From Candidatus Woesearchaeota archaeon (lineage in GTDB: Archaea; Nanobdellota; Nanobdellia; Woesearchaeales; GW2011-AR4): a DNA stretch of 64,000 bases. A model generated the notes under the pieces. It made no database searches. It worked only from the letters and a program-made list of their open reading frames with translations, and was not told the DNA's origin. Position numbers and translations under genes: made by a program. The DNA lies in contig JACPJQ010000004.1 of assembly GCA_016187465.1 (NCBI GenBank), positions 7,092 through 71,091 on the forward strand, written 5' to 3'. Below, in pieces: positions 9,158 to 17,858 of the stretch (positions are counted from its first letter, which is position 1; every line of letters starts with the position of its first letter).

Positions 9158-9355
9158 TTAGCAGCCGCCTACCATTGAAGGCAAGTTTTGTATGCTTGAT
9201 GGAACACTTGCTCCAGAACTTTGGAGTGGTGCGCTTCCAACATTCACATTGCCTGTGCTTATGCTTGTCTTCAGACTGCTCAGCTGAATGGCTTGAACTG
9301 CCGTCAGAAGCACTAAAACCACAAGCACAATCACAATGATAACATTTCTGTTCAT
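9158..9355 (-). CDS. Small membrane-anchored protein (65 aa)
   Basis: N-terminal TM helix. Confidence 0.2.
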   Translation of the reverse strand: MNRNVIIVIVLVVLVLLTAVQAIQLSSLKTSISTGNVNVGSAPLQSSGASVPSSIQNLPSMVGGC

Positions 9356-9389
9356 TTTGTTCTCCTCCTGTATTTTGTTTATTAAAATG

Positions 9390-10379
9390 CTAAGCTTGCA
9401 TTTCTTGAACTATCCTTTTAATTGTTGGGCCTGGATACCATAAGGAATACCATCTGCCCATTTCTCCATAAATCTCTTCATCTGTAAACTTATCAGCGTA
9501 ATTCTTTATGAACCATCTTGCCATTCCTTGAGCAGCTGCAGAATGCGCGCACCCGCATCTCGTTATTATTGTCGGATTTTGCGGAGAGCCGCAGCAGTAA
9601 TCGCATGTGAATGAATTTACTATCTTGCTCCATCTTTGTTCTTGCTCAGGGTCCAATTCCAGCTTCCTGTAAGTTGCCCACCTCTTCTGCGCAGCTATCG
9701 GGTCATCAAAAGTGACGCCTGCTTCCTGCCCATACCAAGGAGTTCCTGTCGGGATAATATTATTCAGCAAATCTCTAGCCGCATCTCCAGTTGACGGCTT
9801 AAGTGATAATTCGCTAATTGTTGGCATTGGCTTAACCTTTGTTTTGTAGCCAGATATTACAGGCTGTTCGCCGGATGCAAGTGGCATTGGCTTAAGGGTG
9901 ATTTTCGAGCCAACTTCAAACTGCCCCAGTTTTAAAGTTCCGCCGCTGCCTGATCCAAAGAATTTTAATGGTGCAGAAGATACAGAACTTACAAAACTGC
10001 CAGTTGATGGATTACCGCTTGCCAAGCCATTCACTTGGAAAATCTGGAACTGGTTGAATAAGATTAATAAAGCTGCCAAACCTACTAAGCCATAACTAAA
10101 TTTTTCAATGAATGTCAATGGTTTTCTTTCTGATTTTGCAATGTGCTCGACAACATGTTCTTTTTTATCTTTATCATGAACTTGTTCATCTTTGCCAATA
10201 ATCCACCATGCAAGCAAGAATACCAGAGCTAATAACAACAATAATGATAGCATGTTCAGAAGCATGCTTGAAGAGTATTTAATCAAGAAGAGCTGCTTGT
10301 AAAGAAGTCCAATCCCTACAATAGAAATTAAGACTAACATTACCTTCTCCATAAATGGGTCATTTCTCTCTTCTGTCAT
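9390..10379 (-). CDS. Membrane-anchored protein with CxYCCG...CGC motif (paralog of 1..744)
   Basis: Two N-terminal TM helices. C-terminal FTCDYCCGSPQNPTIITRCGCAHS. Confidence 0.4.
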   Translation of the reverse strand: MTEERNDPFMEKVMLVLISIVGIGLLYKQLFLIKYSSSMLLNMLSLLLLLALVFLLAWWIIGKDEQVHDKDKKEHVVEHIAKSERKPLTFIEKFSYGLVGLAALLILFNQFQIFQVNGLASGNPSTGSFVSSVSSAPLKFFGSGSGGTLKLGQFEVGSKITLKPMPLASGEQPVISGYKTKVKPMPTISELSLKPSTGDAARDLLNNIIPTGTPWYGQEAGVTFDDPIAAQKRWATYRKLELDPEQEQRWSKIVNSFTCDYCCGSPQNPTIITRCGCAHSAAAQGMARWFIKNYADKFTDEEIYGEMGRWYSLWYPGPTIKRIVQEMQA

Positions 10380-10579
10380 TTTACAACTACAGGAAATTGT
10401 AGTAGTTTATATATTTTACTTAGAAAACAGTTGTTTTTCAAGCCTTATTTTCTCAAAACGGGCTTTAAAATTGTTTATTAACGTTTATAGAGGCTTATTT
10501 TGGCATTTTCAAAAACAAAATTGACTTTAATTTCATTTTGCTCATTTGCAGTGCATCCCAAAAAATTTAATGAAAATAT

Positions 10580-10665
10580 CGTAAATTGCGGTAATTAGTT
10601 TAATAAATAGCCGCAATTTACGAGATAGACAATTGCGTGTAAAATATAATCAATTAACGCAATTG
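10580..10665. promoter_or_regulatory. Two perfect palindromes (cgtaaattgcgg-N19-ccgcaatttacg; caattgcgt-N18-acgcaattg) upstream of gene 9390..10379
   Basis: Seen directly in the sequence. Confidence 0.4.
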
Positions 10666-10708
10666 CCTATACAATCAAAAAATAAATTGCTAATTTCATT
10701 TCCATCAC

Positions 10709-11302
10709 CTATTCATTAACCAATTTGCCAAGCAGCACTTTCCATTGTTCTTCATCAAATGCGCCGATTGTGCGGTATATTATTGTTCCATTACTGCCAA
10801 TTGCATATTTGGTAGTTGTTTTTGTAATGCCATAGTCAATAAGTATTTTTTCCTGACCTTGTGCAAATATAGTTTTTTGCAGCTCTGGGTATTCTTTCTT
10901 GTATTCCTTAAGCTTAAGAAAATCCTCGCTTAAGTCCAGGCTTATTGATATAAATGTTATGTTATCTTCATACTCCCTGTACATTTTTGATAATGCAGCA
11001 TAGTCCTTTGCGCACCATGGGCACCATGTTGCCATGAAATACACAATAACTGGCCTTTTCCGCTCAATGATGTCGTATAATCTTACAGGCTTTCCCTCTG
11101 TAGTTATCACAACAAAATCCGAAGGGGCTTGGCCAACTCTGGTGCCGATAACTTGCACTTGATTTGTGTTTTGATAAACTGTTGTTGACTTTTCTTCGAG
11201 TTTGTCTTTGCTTGAAAATACATAGATGGCAATAGCAGAGAGCATTATAATCACTAATATTACAAAAAAATCAGATTTCCATTTCTTAATGGTTTTTTGC
11301 AT
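10709..11302 (-). CDS. TlpA/ResA-like membrane-anchored thioredoxin (WCPWC)
   Basis: N-terminal TM segment. Thioredoxin fold with the WCPWC active site. Confidence 0.65.
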   Translation of the reverse strand: MQKTIKKWKSDFFVILVIIMLSAIAIYVFSSKDKLEEKSTTVYQNTNQVQVIGTRVGQAPSDFVVITTEGKPVRLYDIIERKRPVIVYFMATWCPWCAKDYAALSKMYREYEDNITFISISLDLSEDFLKLKEYKKEYPELQKTIFAQGQEKILIDYGITKTTTKYAIGSNGTIIYRTIGAFDEEQWKVLLGKLVNE

Positions 11303-11927
11303 AATCTGTCACTGAATTTATCTGTTTTAGAAGTTCTTCTTCTGTTTCATCGCCGTAACTTATCAGTATTTTGTCCATATCTCTGAAGACATAAACTCCG
11401 ATATCAGAATATTCCTTCCCATTTACAAAAAATCTAAATTTTTTATTGGCGCTATTGCAAAATTTTTGCTGATTTTCCAGGGTAATGCATTCTTTGCCCA
11501 AATCAGCCCCAACACTTTTTAAAAAATACCAGAATGGAACGCCTGTTGCGTGCATGTGTATAAGCCCTGAAGCGTCTTCCTTGTTTTGCTGGTCGTCCAG
11601 ATGGATGACACTGCTTTTCATATAGTGTTTATCATCGGCAAAATTTATGGGATTTCCATTAATAAAAATCTTAAAATCGGCGTGGATGTGCTGCGAGCCT
11701 AAAGCCCCCATATTTGCACTTTTAACCCTTTCGTCTTTAGCTAGCTCGTCATCCATAAAATTAAATTGCATTGAAGACCGCACATTTTTTTGAGATGAAA
11801 CTGCATTTATCTTATCGGCAGTGAAGCTGAAAAAATCTTTCAAAGCCAAGACTAACATTCCAAAAACAGCAATCAATAAGATTGCCAGTGCTATTCTTTC
11901 TGTTTTGCTTTCCATGTTTGATGCCAT
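11286..11927 (-). CDS. HxH-motif membrane-anchored protein (HIH subtype)
   Basis: HIHADFKIFINGNP...HMHATGVP...KECITLENQQKFCN...FFVNGKE. Overlaps the thioredoxin gene. Confidence 0.4.
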   Translation of the reverse strand: MASNMESKTERIALAILLIAVFGMLVLALKDFFSFTADKINAVSSQKNVRSSMQFNFMDDELAKDERVKSANMGALGSQHIHADFKIFINGNPINFADDKHYMKSSVIHLDDQQNKEDASGLIHMHATGVPFWYFLKSVGADLGKECITLENQQKFCNSANKKFRFFVNGKEYSDIGVYVFRDMDKILISYGDETEEELLKQINSVTDYAKNH

Positions 11928-11929
11928 AT

Positions 11930-12376
11930 TTAGTTTTTAACGATGTACTTTCCTTTCATTCCTGTATGCCCCGGGCCGCAATAGACCGTGCATACCATAT
12001 CCCACTCCCCAGCTTCTTCTGCGTTTATCTCCAACATTGTTTTGTCTCCTTTTTTGACTGCATTTTCAGTATCCCAGCCGGGGATTATTATGCCTTCTAA
12101 TTCAAAGCCGTGCGGAACATCAATGCTTTCTATCACAAATCTTATTTTTTCCCCTTTCTTAACTACAATAGTATCTGGCTCCCATCTGTACTGTATTGAT
12201 TTCACTTCAATCTCCCTGACTCCATTTATAATTTTGCCGCTTAAAGGCAGGCTGTCAAATTTCTTTTTATGGTATTCAATTATTTTTTTAGCCTTTATTG
12301 CATCTTCATTTTCTTTTGGAGCGCATGCGCTTGCGAAGATTATCAATAAAACAAACATTAACATTGTTTTTTTCAT
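11930..12376 (-). CDS. CuA-type cupredoxin lipoprotein (cytochrome oxidase subunit II-like soluble domain)
   Basis: Lipobox ASACAPK. VPHGF...(about 40 aa)...CTVYCGPGHTGM, which is the H / C-x3-C-x3-H-x2-M CuA ligand set. Confidence 0.55.
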   Translation of the reverse strand: MKKTMLMFVLLIIFASACAPKENEDAIKAKKIIEYHKKKFDSLPLSGKIINGVREIEVKSIQYRWEPDTIVVKKGEKIRFVIESIDVPHGFELEGIIIPGWDTENAVKKGDKTMLEINAEEAGEWDMVCTVYCGPGHTGMKGKYIVKN

Positions 12377-13224
12377 TTTGAGTTGTAAATTTCCTTGATT
12401 AACTCTGTTTCAATAACATCAATATCTTGGCCGATGTGGTAGTTTTTTGGAACGTCGCCTGGCAGTGTGCCTGTGAATGAAATGCTTCCGTCTTTTGCGC
12501 TTACCCCCGCAAAAAAAGGATAAAACTGCCCCTGCAGTTTATTGACCCATACCGGCTCATTGACATTTACGACCAAGTAAGGCTCAAATCCATTGACAGA
12601 AGGCGCATTAAAGCTGAGCTCTGCCACCAATCCTGCAACGTTTTTTGTTATTGCAGGAGTTGTGCCGATAGAATCTTTCGGGTAATCAAAAATTGACAGG
12701 CGCCATGCTATCACGCTGCCGTTGACTGCATCGACCTGAACCATAAAATCCTCACCCACAGCAAGAATTCCATTTACATACCGAAACCATTTGTAGAAAT
12801 AAGTGCCGTCAACCTCTGAAACTTCAGGGTCCAGTCTCAACTCAGGTTTTGCATTCCCGGGCAGTTTTTCGAAAATTTTTTTTGCAATCTCCAGCCCCCT
12901 TTCCTCAGTTAAGGTTTTAGTGCCCGCGCTGTGCCTTAAATTTTCATTTCTCATGCCATAAATCTCATAAGCAAGAGGATTAACTTCGACATAATTTCTC
13001 TGCTCCGGCTCAAAAAGAACTATTATCAATCCCTTGTCAAGGTCAAATGATATAGGCTCATTATCTGTGCTAAGAAAATTTTTGGCGGCGTTTACCGTGT
13101 TTTCTTTCAGCTCCTTGTCAAAATCAAGGCTTATGTTAAACAGGTAAATTGAATGCGCTCCCACTATAATAACAGAGGATAATACTATTAAAATAAAAAT
13201 CAAGAACTGTTTAATATGCGTCAT
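12373..13224 (-). CDS. Hypothetical secreted protein
   Basis: N-terminal TM or signal segment. Overlaps the cupredoxin start. Confidence 0.3.
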   Translation of the reverse strand: MTHIKQFLIFILIVLSSVIIVGAHSIYLFNISLDFDKELKENTVNAAKNFLSTDNEPISFDLDKGLIIVLFEPEQRNYVEVNPLAYEIYGMRNENLRHSAGTKTLTEERGLEIAKKIFEKLPGNAKPELRLDPEVSEVDGTYFYKWFRYVNGILAVGEDFMVQVDAVNGSVIAWRLSIFDYPKDSIGTTPAITKNVAGLVAELSFNAPSVNGFEPYLVVNVNEPVWVNKLQGQFYPFFAGVSAKDGSISFTGTLPGDVPKNYHIGQDIDVIETELIKEIYNSK

Positions 13225-13269
13225 GTTTGATATTTCTTTTTAGATAAACAAAAAATAGATTTATTGTTT

Positions 13270-13716
13270 TCACTTGACGATGAGGTTTCCTTTCATTCCG
13301 CTATGCCCTGAGCCGCAGAACACTGAGCAGTAAGCTGTGAAAGTGCCTTCTTTGTCTGCTGTAAACTCTATTGTAACGGGCTTGCCTACTTCGAGCCTTT
13401 CATTTATGCCATACTCCTTGATTGCTATGCCGTGCGGCACATCCATGCTTGTCACTATGAGCCTTACTTTGTCGCCTTTGTTGACTTCGATGGTTGATGG
13501 TGTAAATGAAAACTGCTTTGCCGTAATTTTGAATTCTTTGACATTGATTCCAGACACTTCTGTATCTTTAGTTGCTGGCTCCTCTATAATCGGCTGTTTT
13601 TGCCCCGGAACTTCACTTCCCCCGCCAACGAGGTTTTCCGGCGCTTGAGTATTTTGATTGGCACAGGCACTGACCAAAAACACGCCCAGCACTAAAAACA
13701 ATATTATTTTTTTCAT
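13270..13716 (-). CDS. CuA-type cupredoxin lipoprotein (paralog)
   Basis: Lipobox VSACANQ. VPHGI...AYCSVFCGSGHSGM. Confidence 0.55.
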   Translation of the reverse strand: MKKIILFLVLGVFLVSACANQNTQAPENLVGGGSEVPGQKQPIIEEPATKDTEVSGINVKEFKITAKQFSFTPSTIEVNKGDKVRLIVTSMDVPHGIAIKEYGINERLEVGKPVTIEFTADKEGTFTAYCSVFCGSGHSGMKGNLIVK

Positions 13717-13849
13717 TTCAACACCTCCAGTATTGGGATTTATAGATAGTTTAATATAATTTACCGTTAAAACCTTGGCATTATTAAACTTTATTTTTTA
13801 AAAAGAGCTTAAAATAAGCTTATTTCCGTTCACTGAGGATTATTTGGAC

Positions 13850-14671
13850 TTACAACGAAACCGAAACAACCCATCTCAAGAAATACCCTACATAATAAGC
13901 CAAAACTGCAGCTACTCCCCCGATGAACAATGTCTCGAGAATTGTTTTCCACCAAGCTTTTTTTGTTACGTATCTTTTTATTAATCCAATGACTGTAAGG
14001 GCAATAGCTGTCATGACAATGGCTATTACAAAAGTATGCTTATTGAATATTGGGAAGAAATAAGAGAACACATAGGCAAGCAGCGGGATGATGCCTATAG
14101 CCAAAAAGCCAAAGTAAGTTACAGCAGCGGTCTTCCACGGAGTTTTACTGCTTTCCAGCAGCCCAAGCTCGTCTGACATCATTGTGTCAATCCATACTTT
14201 CTTATTTGAGGTTATAACCTTTACCGCCAGCTCAAGGTCTTTGCCTTTGAAGCCTTTTTTCTTCATTATCTCCCTTACCTCGTGGATTTCGCCTTCGGGA
14301 ATATTTTCAATCTCCCATTCTTCCCTTTGCCTTTCTTTTTTTATGAAATCCCTTTGGGTTTTCTCGCTTAGATAGTTGCCGCATGCCATTGAAAATCCAT
14401 CAGCCAGCAGGTTTGCAAACCCCAGAATAATAACAATTCCCGAGGACAATGCTGCCCCTGTTGCCCCGGCAACAACAGCAAAAGTGGTTACTGTGCCGTC
14501 TATGGCCCCATACACAAATTCCCCCAAATACTCTCCTTTCATAAGAATTGGCTCTTCTTCGTGAATTTGGCGGTGTATCAATGAGCTTTTATGGGCTTTT
14601 CTAGCCATCTCTATGTCTTTTGTGGCAAATGCACGCTGAGCTTTTGCAATTCTGGTGTTCTTCTTTGTCAT
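13850..14671 (-). CDS. VIT1/CCC1-family Fe/Mn transporter
   Basis: GAIDGTVTTFAVVAGATGA motif plus C-terminal TM segments. Confidence 0.55.
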   Translation of the reverse strand: MTKKNTRIAKAQRAFATKDIEMARKAHKSSLIHRQIHEEEPILMKGEYLGEFVYGAIDGTVTTFAVVAGATGAALSSGIVIILGFANLLADGFSMACGNYLSEKTQRDFIKKERQREEWEIENIPEGEIHEVREIMKKKGFKGKDLELAVKVITSNKKVWIDTMMSDELGLLESSKTPWKTAAVTYFGFLAIGIIPLLAYVFSYFFPIFNKHTFVIAIVMTAIALTVIGLIKRYVTKKAWWKTILETLFIGGVAAVLAYYVGYFLRWVVSVSL

Positions 14672-15093
14672 TTTAAGGTCAACTACGTGAGATAGCTAGC
14701 ATTAGCGGCTTAAATTATGGATTAAATTCAGATGATATGGGAAATTCTAATCAGCAGAATTCACATACCTTACTGCTTTTGACAACTTTCTTGACTGAAT
14801 TCTTTTTTCCCTTCTTCATCGCTTTTTTTGTTTTTTTCGGCATTTGGAATCACCTTTTATTATTTATTCTTAATTATGCAGCGTCCAATTTTTAAAACTA
14901 TTGGTTTTGTCAGTAGATAACAAAGTGAATTCTTGATTTTGAAAATTTTAACCGCTTTTATTTAATTTTTTCTAAAAAATTTCGTCTAATGCCCCACGGA
15001 ATTCTAGTATCGAACCCCTTTCTCTTCTTTGAACCTTCGTCTAATCTGAGGGATTAGGCAAACTTTTTTCTAATAATTGATTTCTGGCACAAT

Positions 15094-15336
15094 CTAAGAA
15101 CTAGCAAGTGTTGAGAAATTAACCTCAACTGGAATGTCCAATTTAATGTCCTGAAGGTCTTTAGACCGTTTTTTAAAGCTAAGAATGCCAACACTTTTCA
15201 CTTCCTCTGATTTTTCATCTATTCTTAGGAATACCCCTGGCTTTACTTCAGAAGCATAGCATTTTGATGGCTTTCCCACAGAGATTTCCAAAAAATCTCC
15301 TTCCTCGTCATAATAAACTTTCATAGGACCTTTCAT
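15094..15336 (-). CDS. DUF2283-like antitoxin
   Basis: YYDEEGDFLEI motif. Overlaps the upstream toxin-like gene. Confidence 0.4.
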   Translation of the reverse strand: MKGPMKVYYDEEGDFLEISVGKPSKCYASEVKPGVFLRIDEKSEEVKSVGILSFKKRSKDLQDIKLDIPVEVNFSTLASS

Positions 15337-15644
15337 TTTATATTCCTCACAAAGTAAGCTGTGATTATAAAGCCATGCTCATTTAAATACTTAACGATTA
15401 CAAGCAGGTATTTTGCTGATTCTCTTTCCTTGAAATACTTGTAATAGTATCTGACATTTTCATCAAGTTCATATTCAGTAATTTTAACAGGATTTTTTAG
15501 TGTCTCTTTTATATCTTCAAGGTAGGGAGCAACTTCAGGATGCTCTTGATTGAGATGTTTCCATCTTTCATCTGAGAGATGAATTTTCCTGCCTGATTTG
15601 TCTTCAACCTCAAAAATCCACGTCATAATACATATTGATTGCAA
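15333..15644 (-). CDS. DUF4258-like toxin
   Basis: Size, and pairing with DUF2283-like gene 15094..15336. Confidence 0.35.
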   Translation of the reverse strand: MQSICIMTWIFEVEDKSGRKIHLSDERWKHLNQEHPEVAPYLEDIKETLKNPVKITEYELDENVRYYYKYFKERESAKYLLVIVKYLNEHGFIITAYFVRNIK

Positions 15645-15891
15645 TCATTATAAATAACTATCGTGTGCCAGAAATCGTTAGAAAAAAGTATGGTTCTAAC
15701 ACTTTAGGCTAAACAAATGTAAGTTTTATTCCGCTTCGCTCCATAAAATTTGTGGGATTTTCATTTCATTACAACCCCACTCGCATAATACTCGGAAAGC
15801 AAACTTTTCGCAAAATTACAGATTTTCTTTAAGGAAATATCTTATCGCAGTTTCTGTCTTGTAGCAATAAATCCTGCCATTTTTAACCTTT

Positions 15892-16203
15892 TTATGATAT
15901 ATCCCTGTGAGTTTCGTATAGGAATGCAGCATCCCCATTGTGCTTCTTTAATTCTTGGGTTAGGAGTCTGAAAATATCAGCAGACGACACCATTTTCTTT
16001 TTGATTATTATCTTTGTCACTGATGCAGAAACTTTGTCGCATATTTTTTCCGATTCCTTCTCGCTCAAATGCGCATTCCTGCACGCGAAATAGCAGGAGC
16101 CGTAAACTTTCCTTTGATCATAGAGCTCTGTGTGCCCTTTTCTCTTTACTATCTGCAGCATTGTCCTGCCTTTAGACCTTTTGATAATCTTTTTCTTTTT
16201 CAT
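15892..16203 (-). CDS. ATP-cone domain protein
   Basis: LQIVKRKGHTELYDQRKVYGSCYFA resembles an ATP-cone domain. Confidence 0.45.
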   Translation of the reverse strand: MKKKKIIKRSKGRTMLQIVKRKGHTELYDQRKVYGSCYFACRNAHLSEKESEKICDKVSASVTKIIIKKKMVSSADIFRLLTQELKKHNGDAAFLYETHRDIS

Positions 16204-16911
16204 TTAATTAAGTGTTATAGTTCCGTTTGCAATCAAAATCAGCAGCCAGCCAAGGAGTATTAAGATTATGCCGGTTGCAAGCCTCATGTAAGTTCTGTTG
16301 CCTTGCTTCCATCTCTTTAAGTTTTGTATCTTAACGCCAAAATAAACCATCAGCAAAATAACCACCAATGGCAAGACAAAGATAACATTGTAAAGGATAA
16401 GCCACAAAAATGCAGTAAAATTAAAATTTTGCGACAAAAACACAAGGATTGCCAAATACGGTCCGCCTGTGCATGGCAGTTCAACACCCGCAACAAAAGC
16501 CCCCAGGAAAATCATTGCAGGTAAGGTAATTTTCTTCGTCATTTCATGTATCTGCTTTGCCCTTTCAGGAGGAATCGACAAAGTGATGCCCTGCCCGTAC
16601 CAGAAAAAATCCTTTATTTCAATCAAGCCTGCTATTACGATTAAAGAGCCTACAACTATTGATATGTACTCGCTCACGACAATCGGGATTACACTTAAAA
16701 AATACAGAATACCCAGCCCTGCCAACAGGTATGTCAGGAACACAAAAAATATGTATATAAGCCCGTAGAATAGCATCTCTTTTTTCGAGCGGAATGCTAT
16801 CATAACCGAAACCAGAAGTATAAGCACCCCTATAGCGCAAGGGTTAATTGAATCTATCAATGCTGTTGTTACAACTGTTCCTAAAGTCGGAAGATATGCT
16901 TGAACTGTCAT
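16204..16911 (-). CDS. CcdA-like / DsbD_2 family membrane protein
   Basis: INPCAIGVL in TM1 and LPCTGGPY in a later TM segment. Confidence 0.5.
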   Translation of the reverse strand: MTVQAYLPTLGTVVTTALIDSINPCAIGVLILLVSVMIAFRSKKEMLFYGLIYIFFVFLTYLLAGLGILYFLSVIPIVVSEYISIVVGSLIVIAGLIEIKDFFWYGQGITLSIPPERAKQIHEMTKKITLPAMIFLGAFVAGVELPCTGGPYLAILVFLSQNFNFTAFLWLILYNVIFVLPLVVILLMVYFGVKIQNLKRWKQGNRTYMRLATGIILILLGWLLILIANGTITLN

Positions 16912-16912
16912 T

Positions 16913-17653
16913 TTATCCTATATTGGGGTTTATTTCCTCTGTTGGCTTTTCCGTGAATACAATTTTTATCATGTCCCCGGGAGGCACTTTTTCATAAGGA
17001 GAGATCACATAATCACGAGGATTTTCAATCAGGTTTCCGTTGACAAAAACATAAAGTTTTGCAGGTCTTTCATTGCACTTGTCCCCCTCATGAAATGAGG
17101 CTAATCCATTATCGGTTGGGACGATTATTCCATCACTGGAAAGAGAGCCGCCTATAGCATAGAAGAAAGCCCCCAAGCTGGCTGCTTTCCTGTCCAATAA
17201 AACTCCCTCTACATGAATTCTATTGTCATTATGGGCGTGCATTAAATCTGTCCCTTGCTTGTTTGAAAAGCCCTTTGGCTCTATCAGTTTAATTTCTTTG
17301 CCGCAAACCAGAAGTTCGTAGTCAGCATGCCAATGCACAGGACCTTTTGTAATTGAGATTATGTTTAAGTGCAATGTTGTCAGGATAAGATAGAGAGTTG
17401 TAAGCCCGATTGAAACCGCGATTAGTATATAAGCTGTCTTTTTTGCCGTTTCATTCATTTTTTTATTAAATAATAGAATTGTCACAATTAAAATGCCAAA
17501 AACCAAAGTGCCATAGCTGACTGCCTGCAGTTGGCTTATTGGATAAAGCTCAGAATGGTCAAGCATATACGCTTCTTCCTCTCCGTGGGCAATAACAATA
17601 AAAACAGATAAAACTAATATTAAAAATAAAAATACCAAAAACCTCTTTTTCAT
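16913..17653 (-). CDS. HxH-motif membrane-anchored protein (HWH subtype)
   Basis: HWHADYELLVCGKE...LMHAHNDNRIHVEGV...FVNGNLIE. Directly upstream of the CcdA-like gene. Confidence 0.4.
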   Translation of the reverse strand: MKKRFLVFLFLILVLSVFIVIAHGEEEAYMLDHSELYPISQLQAVSYGTLVFGILIVTILLFNKKMNETAKKTAYILIAVSIGLTTLYLILTTLHLNIISITKGPVHWHADYELLVCGKEIKLIEPKGFSNKQGTDLMHAHNDNRIHVEGVLLDRKAASLGAFFYAIGGSLSSDGIIVPTDNGLASFHEGDKCNERPAKLYVFVNGNLIENPRDYVISPYEKVPPGDMIKIVFTEKPTEEINPNIG

Positions 17654-17858
17654 AATGGCTTAATGAGGCAGATAATATTTAAAGTTATTCTTTTTTGCTT
17701 TTTAATACCACTCAGGAAAAAGGTCCAGCTTCATTTCATCTGAGATTATTACTGATTCTGTTTTTTTGATTATATACGGAAATTGATTTCTTATTTTTGC
17801 CGGTCATTACTGAAAAACCGCAACCTTTAAATACTTATGTCTATACTAGGTCTAGACT

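Noticed and set aside
11930-13716. Interpreting the CuA cupredoxins as subunit II of a respiratory oxidase encoded here
   Set aside because: There is no subunit I or III, no heme or copper-centre assembly genes (ctaA, ctaB) and no Sco1 or PCuAC in the window. An oxidase cannot be claimed from this window alone.
14776-14870. Tiny basic ORF (MPKKTKKAMKKGKK...) on the minus strand
   Set aside because: About 30 codons of low-complexity Lys-rich sequence in an AT-rich spacer. No support beyond being open.
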